A stretch of 64,000 nt of DNA from Vulcanimicrobiota bacterium (GCA_963833095.1 CAWHWQ010000003.1:32001-96000); one strand, 5' to 3'. Positions 54,214-64,000 are shown, counted from the first letter of the stretch. The notes: a model not told the origin generated them from the letters alone. Program-made: numbers and translations.

Positions 54214-55093
54214 CTATGGAGCCCCGAGGAGACTTTTGTAGCTGTGGTAGCGGCTCTCCGCGATGCTGCCATCGGCGAGAGCCGCCTGGACCCCGCATCC
54301 GGGCTCACGCAAGTGGGTGCAGTCGGTGAAGCGGCAGGCTGTCGCCGGCTCGCGCATCTCGCGGAAGCCCTGTGCCAATTCTGCCGGCATGATCGGCCCG
54401 AGGCCGAACTCGTTGACCCCCGGGCTATCTATAAGGAAGCCGTCGGGCATGCGGATAGAGGCGCGCGGCCGTCGTTGTCTGCCGGCCCATGCCGTGCCGC
54501 GACACCGCGCCGACGACCGCCTCGCCGCCCAGCGCACGGAAGATCGAACTTTTTCCCACACCCGAATTCCCGCTAAGCAACGCATGGCATCCGCCGAGCG
54601 CTTCGCGCAGGGCGTCGACGTTCTCGCCGGCCTTTGGATTGAGGACGAGTGTGCGATACCCCAAGCCCGCGTAGAGATCGTGCAGCGCTCGCGTTGCGGC
54701 CGGGTCACTCAAATCGGGTTTTGTGAGCACTACGATCGCTTGGATCGATTCGAGTTCGGCAAAAGCCAGGAGTTGGTCCAAAATGATCAAGCGCGGCGCC
54801 GGGTCGGCAAGCGCCGTCACCGTCACCATCGTATCGACGTTGGCAGCGATGGTCTTGGAGCGGCCACCCGCGCTTCGTCGCTCGAGGTGAAACGAACGCG
54901 GTTCGATCTGGTCGACCACAGTTTTCTCATCTTCGAGCACGCGAACGAACACGACGTCACCCGAAACCGGCATGAAACGTTTCCCGGTCTGGCGTCGTAG
55001 TTGAGCTAGGCGCGGCGCCGTTTCGCCGTCGAGGCAGACCCACGCCGCGTTTTTCCCCGTGGAAACAACTAATGCGCGGCGTAGGCCATTCAT
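54214..55093 (-). CDS. rsgA: Ribosome small subunit-dependent GTPase A (frameshift near 54455)
   Basis: GDVV, AANVD, TKPD, GNSGVGKSS, GRQTTT, IDSPG, CRFTDCTH..EPGC. Confidence 0.92.
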
Positions 55094-55147
55094 CACAATG
55101 ATTGCGAGCGCGTGGCGCCTAAAAAGGTATAAGGTATCGTGCCCACC

Positions 55148-55691
55148 ATGTCCGCCTTCACTTTGCGCTTCCAGCCCCAACTCGACGACTCAGAAGTCGC
55201 CGCGGCAGAGGCAATCGTGCGCCGATTCGGCGGCGCGGTGACGTGGCAGCACTCGGCGGCATGCAAGCGCACGTATGGCTTGGTCGAAAACGCCGAAGCC
55301 GCGTGCGCTTCTGCGCTGCGTGAAGCAACCGGGCAACGGTGTTCGATCGGCCTATCATCGCCCTTGCTGTTTTCCCTAGCGTGCAAGAAGCCTTGCCGCC
55401 TCTCGAGCGTGCGCTGGGAGGGCCGGGGGGCCCGGCGGGGGTGCTCGCGTGCGAGCCTTGCGGTGACGGCGCAATCGTCGAGTGGGATCTCGACGTCACC
55501 CCGTGCGATGTCGTGCTCAACCTCGTTGACATCGAAATCGCTCGTTTCCGCGGCGCGCGTGTGAACGCGCTGCTCACGCCGCTACCGCTTGCGTGGTGGA
55601 CGCGTATTGCCGCAAGCGGCCTGCAAGCGCCGGAGATACGCCCGATCGCGTGCTCGAAAAGCTACTCGAGGTGCACGGTGTCCTGGATTAA
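55148..55691 (+). CDS. Hypothetical protein upstream of cdaA (frameshifted)
   Basis: Coding-like stretch pieced from ORFs 55139-55564 and 55339; the inferred TAA at 55689-55691 overlaps the cdaA start. Confidence 0.55.
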
Positions 55692-56591
55692 CGTCGTCTT
55701 CGGCTATATCGGCATCACCGACGTGATCGACATCGTCGCGACGAGCGTGTTGATCTACTACTTGCTGCTCTTGATTCGCGGCACGCGCGCGGTGCAGATT
55801 CTCACCGGCATCTTCGTGCTGGTCGGGACTCTCGGCGTCTGCCAACATCTTGCATCTGTACTTGCTCGGCGCGATTCTGCAACTGGTCGTTCTTCGGCGC
55901 CGCGGTCACGCTGCCGATCGTCTTTCAGCCCGAGCTGCGTCGCGCGCTCGAACAGATCGGCCGCGGCGGCTTGTTCCGCATCGGAAACCGAGACCGACGA
56001 GGCGATTGGATGCGTCCGGAGGACAAGTCGATCGCCGACGCTGGCGCACGCCGCGTTTTTGCTCTCGCGCAATAAGCTGGGCGCGCTGATCGTCATCGAG
56101 CAGCAGAGCGGGTTCAAAGAGTTTGCGAAAGCGGGACGGCATTCTGGATGCGCGAACTTTCCGCCGAGTTGCTGCTGGCGATCTTCATGCCGCGTTCGCC
56201 GATGCACGACGGCGCGGTGATCGTGCGCGAGAACCTCGATCGAAGCAGCCGGCTGTTTTCTGCCGCTCGCCGAGCAGTCGCTGGCGGAACGGCGCGTCGG
56301 AACGCGCCACCGCGCCGCGCTCGGGCTGAGCGAGCAGACCGACGCCGTCGTCGTCGTCGTTTCGGAAGAGACCGGCGCGATCTCGATCGCGCGCGAGGGC
56401 AAGCTCACGCGCCCGGTCGAAGACGAGGCGCGTCTGGTGAAGATGTTGCTTGCCGATCACGCGACCGCCGCGCGCGCGAACGTCAGTTCGCGCGCAACGA
56501 CCTGGTCTCCCACTTGCGCTCGCGCTTGCTCCCGCGCCGCAAAGAACCGGAAGAACCTCGTGCAGATCATCCGCAAGAACTTCGGACTTAA
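55678..56591 (+). CDS. cdaA: Diadenylate cyclase CdaA/DacA (frameshifted)
   Basis: N-terminal TM helices (IRGTRAVQI), [40 protein letters not shown]. Confidence 0.9.
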
Positions 56592-57255
56592 AGTTCTCGC
56601 GCTCACGCTGGCGATCGTCGGGTGGGCGTACTTTCGGTACGCCACCAATCCGATCGTCGCCGCGGCGCGCTTCGACCAGCAGATCTCGGTGCCGATCTAC
56701 CGCGGTGAATTTGCCGGTCGGCTACATCGCGCATTTCACCGATAAGGAAGCCGTGGTGACGGTCGCGGCCAAGCGCGGCGAAGCCGCCGATAAAGCCCGA
56801 CGAAATCAAGGCCGTGCTGGACCTGCAGAGCAAGGGCGCGGGCGTCTACAACGTGCCGATCGAACTGGTCGCGCCGGACGTCGTCGTGCAGAGTTTGAGC
56901 CCGGCGTCGGTGACGCTTGACGATCGAAAAGCATCGATCAGCGCACGTTTCCCGCTCGCAATGCACTACGTGGGGACCGCAACCGCCGGCTTGGTCGTCA
57001 AGAGCAATCCGCAACTGCAAGCCGGCGCGTCGTGACCGGTGCAGCGGCCCCTCAGACGCGCTCTCGCAGGTCGCGGACGTCCGCGTCGACATCGCGATGC
57101 CGCCAAGCGCCGAAGACGCTCGACGCGATGGTCCGGCCGGTTGCCGGTTGAACGCGCTGCGGCGCGAAATCGCCGGGCTGCGAGGTCGCGCCCGATCTGG
57201 TCCGCGTGCAGGACGCAGTTCGTGCACCGGCACGGGCGCGAAGACGCCGAAGTGA
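56560..57255 (+). CDS. cdaR: CdaR/YbbR-like regulator (frameshifted)
   Basis: [15 protein letters not shown] anchor and YbbR-like beta domains; canonical position between cdaA and glmM. Confidence 0.75.
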
Positions 57256-58641
57256 GAGCCCATTTCGGAACCGACGGCGTTCGCGGCGTCGCCAACGCCG
57301 AGCTCACGCCGGAGCTGGCGTTTGCCATCGGGCGCGCCGGCGCGACGGTCGCTCGCGCATGAAAGCGAGCGGCCATCGAGCGCCGATCGTCGTCGGTCGC
57401 GACACGCGCCTCTCCGGCACGATGCTCGAGGCGGCGATCGTCGCCGGGCATCACCTCGGTCGGCCGCGACGTCGTGCCGCTCGGCATCGTGCCGACGCCG
57501 GCGGTCGCGTGCGTGACGCGTCGCGAAGGCGCGGCCGCCGGCGTCATGATCAGCGCGTCGCACAATCCGATCGCCGACAACGGAATCAAGTTTTTCGGAC
57601 CCGACGGATTCAAGCTCTCCGACGACGTCGAGCGAGAGATCGAATCGCTGCTGGACGATCGCGAGGACCTGCCGCGTCCGATCGGAACCGAGGTCGGCGT
57701 CGCGCGCATCGCGCAGAACCTCGGCAAGCACTACTACGACGAACTCTACGAGCAGCGGCGCTGAAGCTCGACGGCTTGCACGTCGTCGTCGATGGCGCGT
57801 ACGGCGCCGCGTACGCGATCGCGCCGTATGCGTTGCGCAAACTCGGCGCGACGGTGATCGAGATCAACTGCGAGAACGACGGCGCGCGCATCAACGTCGA
57901 TTGCGGCGCGACCGACCTTCGGCCGCTGCAAGCCGCGGTCGCGCGAGCGCATCGACGCGCGGCGAGCGCCGCGTCGTCGGCGTCGCGTTCGACGGCGATG
58001 CGGATCGCGCGCTGTTCGTCGACGAAACCGGCGCGATCGGTGAGCGGCGATCACGTGATGTACGCGATCGGCTGCGACGTTGCACGACGCGCGGCGAGCT
58101 TACGCGGCGAACGCATCGTCGGCACGGTAATGAGCAATATCGGCTTCGAGCGCGCGCTCGCAGCGACGCGGCATCGCGCTCGATGCGCGCGGCGGTCGGC
58201 GACCGCTACGTGCTCGAACGCATGCGCGCCGGCGGTTACGTGCTGGGCGGCGAGCAGTCCGGACACATCATCGATTTGCGCCGCAACACCACCGGCGACG
58301 GTCCGATGACGGCGGTGACGCTCTTTGGGATCGTCGCCGCGAGCGGAAGCGCACGCTGCACGAACTGGTGGGCGACGTCGTGAGTCGCTCCGCAGATACT
58401 GGTCAACGTGCGCACGCCGCATAAGGACGTGCTTGGAGGCGAGGCCGTGCGGGACGGCGATCGCCGAGGCCGAGCGCGGCTGGCGGGTGCCGGCACGGCT
58501 CTGATCCGCCCTTCGGGAACCGAGCCGCTGATTCGCGTCATGGCCGAGGGGGACGACCGCCAGACCGTCGAGGGATCGGCCGCGCGGAGTCGGCTCGCCG
58601 GATCGAGAAGGAACCGCGCGCGCTTTAAACCTAAAATCTGA
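57252..58641 (+). CDS. glmM: Phosphoglucosamine mutase (frameshifted)
   Basis: [55 protein letters not shown]. Confidence 0.95.
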
Positions 58642-58710
58642 CGGAGACGTCGAGCCATGGTAACCAAGAGGCCCATCGCGGCTATCTCGAGGACACTACG
58701 CCTGCACAAG

Positions 58711-58838
58711 ATCACTGAGTCCGGTGGCATTCCCGGAGCGGGGGATATCTAGGTAGGGGTGAATGAGCCGGTCGGCTCTAGGGCGATCTTTCCCGCCCGA
58801 ACCCGTCAACTAACCTCGCAAGTGTCGTGAAAGAGGAG
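58711..58838 (+). ncRNA. c-di-AMP riboswitch (ydaO/yuaA class)
   Basis: Ordered motifs CACTGAGTCC...GGAGCGGGGGA...GGGGTGAAT...TAGGG...CCCGAACCCGTCAACTAACCTCGCAAGTG match the class as I know it; it sits in the leader of a cell-wall hydrolase. Confidence 0.85.
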
Positions 58839-58845
58839 CCGTTTC

Positions 58846-59489
58846 TTGCGCCATGCGTTAGCCATCGGGGCATTTGCCCTGTCGATCTGGCTTCGTCTGC
58901 GATCGCCAAAGCCGAGACCACACGACCAACCGATCAATATTACCGCCCTCGTACTGACGAACGTGCAGCGCGCTGACCAGCCCGGACGTCGCCGAGTGGA
59001 CGTCCCATCTCATGGTCATCACGAAATCGCCGCGCGGCATCAGAACGGCAGTCGGCCGTTTTGCCGGCGGCGTTCTCGCGCGAACGTCCAAGCTGGCAAC
59101 CAGCAACTGACCCGCAGCGCGCTGCGCTTCCTGGGGACGCCGTACGTCTTCGGGGGCAACAGCACGTACGGGTTCGATTGCTCGGCCTACGTCCAGCACG
59201 TCTTTGCGATGCTCGGCATCAGCTTGCCGCGCACCGCCGACGCGCAGTACGACGTCGGCCATCCGCGCCGTCGGCGGCCCGAGCCCGGGCGATCTGGTGT
59301 TCTTCCAGACCTACACGGACGGCGTCGTCGCACGTCGGGATCTATCTCGGCAACGGCAAGTTCGTCCATGCGAGCTCGAGCCACGGCGTGATGGTGTCCA
59401 GCCTTTCGGACTCCTATTGGCACGCGCGGTTCATTGGAGCCAAGCGTTTCATTAGCACCAAGCACCTGGTCGCCAAAACCGTAAATTAA
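58846..59489 (+). CDS. NlpC/P60 (C40) cell-wall endopeptidase (frameshifted)
   Basis: [18 protein letters not shown]...[40 protein letters not shown]. Confidence 0.9.
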
Positions 59490-59871
59490 TAGCCCGACGG
59501 AACGCGCTGCGGCGGAATCGCGCAGCGCATCACTGGCGTACCTCTTCTGGCCGACGGCGCTCATCGAGCAGATCACGCCGCGCCCCGAGACGTCGAGCTG
59601 GTTCCGTTTTCACATGCGGCAAGCCCTTGGGTTCGGCATCTTGTCGAGCGTCATCGGGCTTGCCGCTTTCCTGTGGCCCCTGATCTTGAGCCTGCTGGTG
59701 AGCAACGTCGTCGCGACCCTGTGGATCTACGCGATTGCGATGCTGGCGGATCTTGCCCTCTTGGTCTTATGGGTGCTCCTCGCGGTACGCTATAGTCAGC
59801 GGGCGGGGCGGGGCGAGCTCTTCGACGTGCCCTGGGTCGCGCGCCTGACAGGGACCTCGGTCCAAAAGTAG
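59485..59871 (+). CDS. Small membrane protein (DUF4870-like; start uncertain)
   Basis: LAYLFW...RFHMRQAL pattern, TM helices, G.LF.VP C-terminus. Confidence 0.55.
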   Translation: MNSPTERAAAESRSASLAYLFWPTALIEQITPRPETSSWFRFHMRQALGFGILSSVIGLAAFLWPLILSLLVSNVVATLWIYAIAMLADLALLVLWVLLAVRYSQRAGRGELFDVPWVARLTGTSVQK

Positions 59872-59885
59872 TATTCAGGGCCGTC

Positions 59886-60327
59886 GAGCCATGGGGTCGC
59901 CGCACGAAGCGGCGACAAAATTGCAGCACAGGATGTGCGTGCCCGCGCGGTAGCGAGGGAGCCATGGGGTCGCCGCACGAAGCGGCGACAAAATTGCAGC
60001 ACAGGATGTGCGTGCCCGCGCGGTAGCGAGGGAGCCATGGGGTCGCCGCACGAAGCGGCGACAAAATTGCAGCACAGGATGTGCGTGCCCGCGCGGTAGC
60101 GAGGGAGCCATGGGGTCGCCGCACGAAGCGGCGACAAAATTGCAGCACAGGATGTGCGTGCCCGCGCGGTAGCGAGGGAGCCATGGGGTCGCCGCACGAA
60201 GCGGCGACAAAATTGCAGCACAGGATGTGCGTGCCCGCGCGGTAGCGAGGGAGCCATGGGGTCGCCGCACGAAGCGGCGACAAAATTGCAGCACAGGATG
60301 TGCGTGCCCGCGCGGTAGCGAGGGAGC
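59886..60327. repeat. Tandem array of six identical 73-bp units abutting tRNA-Gln
   Basis: Units start at 59886, 59959, 60032, 60105, 60178 and 60251, with a partial seventh (GAGC) at 60324. Unit: GAGCCATGGGGTCGCCGCACGAAGCGGCGACAAAATTGCAGCACAGGATGTGCGTGCCCGCGCGGTAGCGAGG. Confidence 0.97.
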
Positions 60328-60329
60328 AA

Positions 60330-60401
60330 TGGGGTGTCGCCAAGCGGTAAGGCAGCGGGCTTTGAATCCGCCATTCGTTGGTTCGAATCCAGCCACCCCA
60401 G
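60330..60401 (+). tRNA. tRNA-Gln (anticodon TTG), CCA not encoded
   Basis: Acceptor TGGGGTG/CACCCCA, D arm GCC-AAGCGGTAA-GGC, anticodon arm GCGGG-CTTTGAA-TCCGC, T arm GTTGG-TTCGAAT-CCAGC. Confidence 0.95.
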
Positions 60402-60444
60402 AGAAAGCCTCAGCCCGTCCTTGAGACGGGCTGAGGCTTTCTCT
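60400..60444 (+). terminator. Long hairpin after tRNA-Gln
   Basis: Perfect 20-bp stem AGAGAAAGCCTCAGCCCGTC-CTTGA-GACGGGCTGAGGCTTTCTCT followed by CTTT. Confidence 0.85.
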
Positions 60445-60534
60445 CTTTGATATGGGGATGAGGACCAACGAAGTTGGCGCCGGCAGGATGCCGGTGGTGG
60501 GAACGCAGCGACAGGATGTCGCGGCGGCGTTCCC

Positions 60535-60586
60535 GTTCGAATCCAGCCACCCCAGAGAAAGCCTCAGCCCGTCCTTGAGACGGGCT
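60535..60586 (+). repeat. 52-bp direct repeat of the tRNA-Gln 3' end plus part of the hairpin (copy of 60381-60432)
   Basis: GTTCGAATCCAGCCACCCCAGAGAAAGCCTCAGCCCGTCCTTGAGACGGGCT is identical at both positions, 154 bp apart. Confidence 0.95.
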
Positions 60587-60810
60587 CCGCAGTTGGCGGA
60601 AAGCTGGGCGATCTACGTTCTCATAGACCGAGTCGACGAAAACGATTTAACCGGGAACGATGCAGCGAAGGCATTCACCTTTATCGAGCCGCTGTTGCCA
60701 ACAACGGGGTAACTTCCGGTGCAGGCGTGCATCGGTTGCCAACGGGATTTGAGCAGCACAGACGAGGGGCGGCTCTGGTGAGCGGCCTGGCTATCGAATC
60801 GGAGAAAGTT

Positions 60811-61050
60811 TTAGCGGCGGCGGGGCTTTTCCAGTTTTGCTACGCGTTCATCGAGCGATGCGAATCCGTCGATAACGCGCACCTCAACCCGGAATAGACG
60901 ATCCTCAACGCGGTCGAGTCGAAATTCAACGCGGTCGAGGCGCTCATCAATGCGATCGAGCCGTCCATCCACGCGCGTGAAGCCCGCGCCCACGGCGCCT
61001 GCCAGATCGGCGATCGCGCCGGAGAGTTGATTGTACTGAGCGTCTTCCAT
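60811..61050 (-). CDS. Small coiled-coil hypothetical protein
   Basis: Heptad repeats RLDRIDE-RLDRVEF-RLDRVED-RLFRVEV. Confidence 0.6.
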   Translation of the reverse strand: MEDAQYNQLSGAIADLAGAVGAGFTRVDGRLDRIDERLDRVEFRLDRVEDRLFRVEVRVIDGFASLDERVAKLEKPRRR

Positions 61051-61104
61051 TTGCCCCACGGTAGGCGGGCTTCGTTGCCGCGATGTCGCGGCCTTGTGGA
61101 CAAA

Positions 61105-61773
61105 TCAGCGGGCGCGGGTTTTTAGCGCTTCGATAACGGCTTTGGCGGTGCTGCCGCTAGACTGCGGGTTCTGACCTGTAATCCACGTCCCGTCGACTTC
61201 GATGTGATCGGTGAAGTTTGCACCGGTAACGACGTTTGCGCCCTGCTCGCGCAATTTCGATTCGAGTAAGAACGGCATCAGCGCGTCGAGCTTCACCGCG
61301 CGTTCTTCGTCGTCGGTGAAGCAGGTGATGCGCTTGCCCGCGACCAGCGTTTCGGCTTCGCCCGTACGAATTGCGTCGACGAAGGCCGCCGGGCCGTGAC
61401 ACACTGCCGCGATGATCTTGCCTTGCGCATCGAATTCGCTCAGCATCGTTTTGAGCGGGTCGAAGCTCGCAAGATCGAACATCGTGCCGTGTCCGCCCGG
61501 AATAAACACAGCGTCGTAATCTTCCGCATCGCCCGCTTCGCGGAGCGTTATCGTCAGGTCTAATTCTTTGCGCGCGGGATCGTTGGGATCGGAGGCTTCG
61601 AGACTGCGCGGGTCGATCGGCACCTTGCCGCCATGCGGCGTGACGGTTACGACCTCAAACCCGGCATCGCGAAATGCGTGCCATGGGATGCTGTACTCTT
61701 CGAGCCATAAGCCGGTTGGATGCTCGGCGTCGATCTGCGAGTGCCCGGTCACGATCATTAAAATTTTCGGCAT
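61105..61773 (-). CDS. DJ-1/PfpI family (Hsp31-like) protein
   Basis: PTGLWLEE, PIDPRS, FIPGGHGTMFDL, AVCHGP, ITGQNPQS. Confidence 0.92.
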   Translation of the reverse strand: MPKILMIVTGHSQIDAEHPTGLWLEEYSIPWHAFRDAGFEVVTVTPHGGKVPIDPRSLEASDPNDPARKELDLTITLREAGDAEDYDAVFIPGGHGTMFDLASFDPLKTMLSEFDAQGKIIAAVCHGPAAFVDAIRTGEAETLVAGKRITCFTDDEERAVKLDALMPFLLESKLREQGANVVTGANFTDHIEVDGTWITGQNPQSSGSTAKAVIEALKTRAR

Positions 61774-61865
61774 AGTACCGACCATAGTACCCGAAAAGCA
61801 GGCCCGAGGAGTGCCGGAATCACGACATAAAGGGACCGACCGCCGGCAAGCCCAATCCGCGACGA

Positions 61866-64000
61866 ATGTCGATTGCACGTACGTTCGCACTCGCGGCCTT
61901 GCTATTGGGCGTGTCCTTTGTACCTGCCCGTGCCGCCGATCCGCTGATTCTTCAAAGTCCGACCGTCAGCCGAACGCAGATCGCGTTCGTTTACGGCGGC
62001 GACATCTGGGTGGTTTCGCATGAGGGCGGGGTAGCGCGGCGTCTGGTGACCGGATTCGGTCTCAACGGCGCGCCGTATTTCTCGCCTGACGGGTCGACGA
62101 TCGCGTTCAGCGCGAACTACGACGGCAGTACGAACGTCTACACCGTTTCCGCGTCGGGCGGCGAGCCGGAGCGACTCACTTACCACCCCGGCGCCGACGT
62201 CGTGACGGGCTGGACACCTGACGGCAGCAAGATTCTTTTTGCGTCGCACCGCGAGAGCCAGAACCGATGCGACGCAACTCTACGAAATTCCCAAAGGCGG
62301 CGGCATCCCGGCGATGCTGCCGCTGCCCGACGCAACCACCGCCTCCTTTTCGCCCGACGGTACCCACTTCGCGTACGTGCCGAACAGCCAATGGGAGTGG
62401 TACTGGCAGGGCTATCGCGGCGGACAAACGACACCGATTTGGATCGCGAATCTCGCCGATTCGTCGGTCATACCGATTCCACGAAATAATTCCAACGACC
62501 GTTTCCCGATGTGGATCGGTCACGAGATCTATTTCTTTCCGATCGCGGCGGACACGTTCACGCTGTACGCCTACGATCCGCAGACGCGCGCCTCGACGCA
62601 GCTCATCGAGAACCCGCATGGCTTTGACATCGTCTCGGCGTCGGCGAACAACGGCGAGATCGTCTACTCGAAATTCGATTCGATCCATCTCTATCGATCC
62701 GTCGTCGCGCACCGATCGCGAAGTGCCAATGACAATTGCCGCCGACATGCCCGATTTGCGTCCGCAGTGGGTTCCGGTCGCGAATCAAATTCAGAATGCC
62801 GCGATCTCGCCGACCGGCGTGCGCGCGGTTTTCGAAGCGCACGGCGACATCCTCACCGTCCCGGTCGAAAACGGTCGACGTTCGCAATCTCACACAGACG
62901 TCCGGGCATCATGGAGCGCGACCCGGCGTGGTCGCCCGACGGCAAGTGGATCGCGTATTTCTCGGATGCGTGCGGCGAGTACACGCTGCGCTTAAGGGAT
63001 CAGAAGGCCTGTTGCCCGAGCGCGTCTATCACACTCGAACCGAATCCGTCGTTTTACTACTCGCCGACCTGGTCGCCGGACAGCAAGAAGATCGCCTACA
63101 GCGATAAGCACTCGGCTATCTGTACTACATCGACTAAGCGCAAGAGCATCCGCAAGGCGGTCAAGTTCGCGCAGCAGCGCCTACGAGGTTTTCGGCCAGA
63201 ACACGTTCGGCGCGGTCATGGTCGCCGGACAGCCGATATATTGCCTATCAGCCGAGGAACTCACGAGCTTCATCCACGCGATCTTCATCTACGATACGCA
63301 GGACGGCCAAGCGCACCAGATCACCGACGGCATGAGCGATGCTACCAGCCCGCCTTCGATAAGAATCCGGAAAGTACCTGTACTTCCTTGCGAGCACCAA
63401 TACCGGCTTCACCGAGTACGGGCTCGACATGGAGAGCGACGAGCGCCCGACCTCGAGCAGCGTGTATGCAGCGTCCTGCCAAAAGCGATGCATCGCCGGT
63501 AGCGCCGCAAAGCGATGACGAACCGGTCACCAGCGACGAGCCGGTGAGCGGACCGCCGGCGGCAAGCACGACACCCAAGCCGGCAACCCGCCCGACGGCC
63601 GCGACATCAAAGATGCCGGCGATCGATTTCGACGAAATCGGTCAGCGCATCGTCTCGCTTGCCGATTCCCTCGGCGAACTACGCCGGCGTCGTGTCGGCA
63701 ACGGCGGGCACGATCTTCCTCGGCGCAGGCGCCGCTGGTGAGCGTCGATCCGTTGCCGCCGACGTTTACGATTTTTCGGTACGACAATGCTTCGCGAAAG
63801 GTGATGCCGCTATGCCGACGGCGTGAGCGCATTCGCCGGCGTCTCGTCTCGACGGGAAGAAAATGCTGATCGCGCGGGGCCGCTTCGTTCCGCAGTGGTC
63901 GATCGTGCCCACACAGCTTCCGGTTCCGCCGCCGCCCGGTTTGGGTGCGCTAGCAACGAGCGGACTCGAAGTGCGCAGCGTGCCGCGCGAAGAGTGGGCG
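61866..64000 (+). CDS. Tricorn-like S41 protease, N-terminal beta-propeller region (frameshifted; continues past the window end)
   Basis: Signal peptide; IAFVYGGDIW, PYFSPDG..IAF, RLTYHPG, GYRGG, EAHGDI.TVP, WSPDGKWIAY repeats. The catalytic domain is not in the window. Confidence 0.85.

Noticed and set aside
8892..58641. Mass pseudogenisation or programmed frameshifting of dnaE, ftsA, ftsZ, aroCKB, priA, glmM
   Set aside because: Conserved motifs are intact on both sides of each break and the genes are essential; indel sequencing error is the simpler explanation.
59886..60327. CRISPR array
   Set aside because: The units are fully identical with no variable spacers, and no cas genes are in the window.
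59891..60328. Repeat units as real tRNA genes
   Set aside because: There is no 7-bp acceptor stem, no TTCGA T-loop and no 7-nt anticodon loop; only the length, 5' start and terminal CCA resemble a tRNA.
59651..60468. Three long minus-strand ORFs across the repeat array
   Set aside because: They arise because the GC-rich 73-bp unit has no minus-strand stop codon. Each cycles through the same three peptides, and two overlap the tRNA antisense.

Overview
A 64-kb, GC-rich bacterial chromosomal segment. Many genes, including essential ones (dnaE, ftsA, ftsZ, aroC, priA, glmM), are split by single-base indels that look like uncorrected long-read errors, so split genes are reported as one CDS with approximate limits. 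The gene content combines diderm markers (secretin, TonB-dependent receptor) with Terrabacteria-type ones (cdaA-cdaR-glmM, c-di-AMP riboswitch, SigB/F-type sigma), consistent with an Eremiobacterota-like organism (inference only). In order, the window holds: relic TPR gene fragments and an IS3-family element; a TPR/ATP-grasp gene; a divergent pair of small paralogues; a CCG-anchored (type E-like) succinate dehydrogenase operon; a GAF-GGDEF gene; dnaE, a catalytically degenerate hisD homologue, a HAD hydrolase and ftsQ; a three-gene insert with an MCP; ftsA-ftsZ-thyX; a 13-gene type IV pilus operon with an embedded sigma factor and CcdA; HU; PfpI; aroCKB-priA; a putative D-amino-acid/peptide utilisation locus (serine hydrolases, MlrC-like M81 peptidase, TonB receptor, peptide SBP, DUF1611, epimerase); thrE, rpsT, rsgA; cdaA-cdaR-glmM; a c-di-AMP riboswitch with an NlpC/P60 gene; tRNA-Gln(UUG); a second PfpI; and a tricorn-like protease. 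The most unusual structure surrounds tRNA-Gln. Six identical 73-bp hairpin-rich units, each starting like the tRNA 5' end, abut it upstream. A related structured element carrying a 52-bp copy of the tRNA 3' end and part of its terminator lies downstream.
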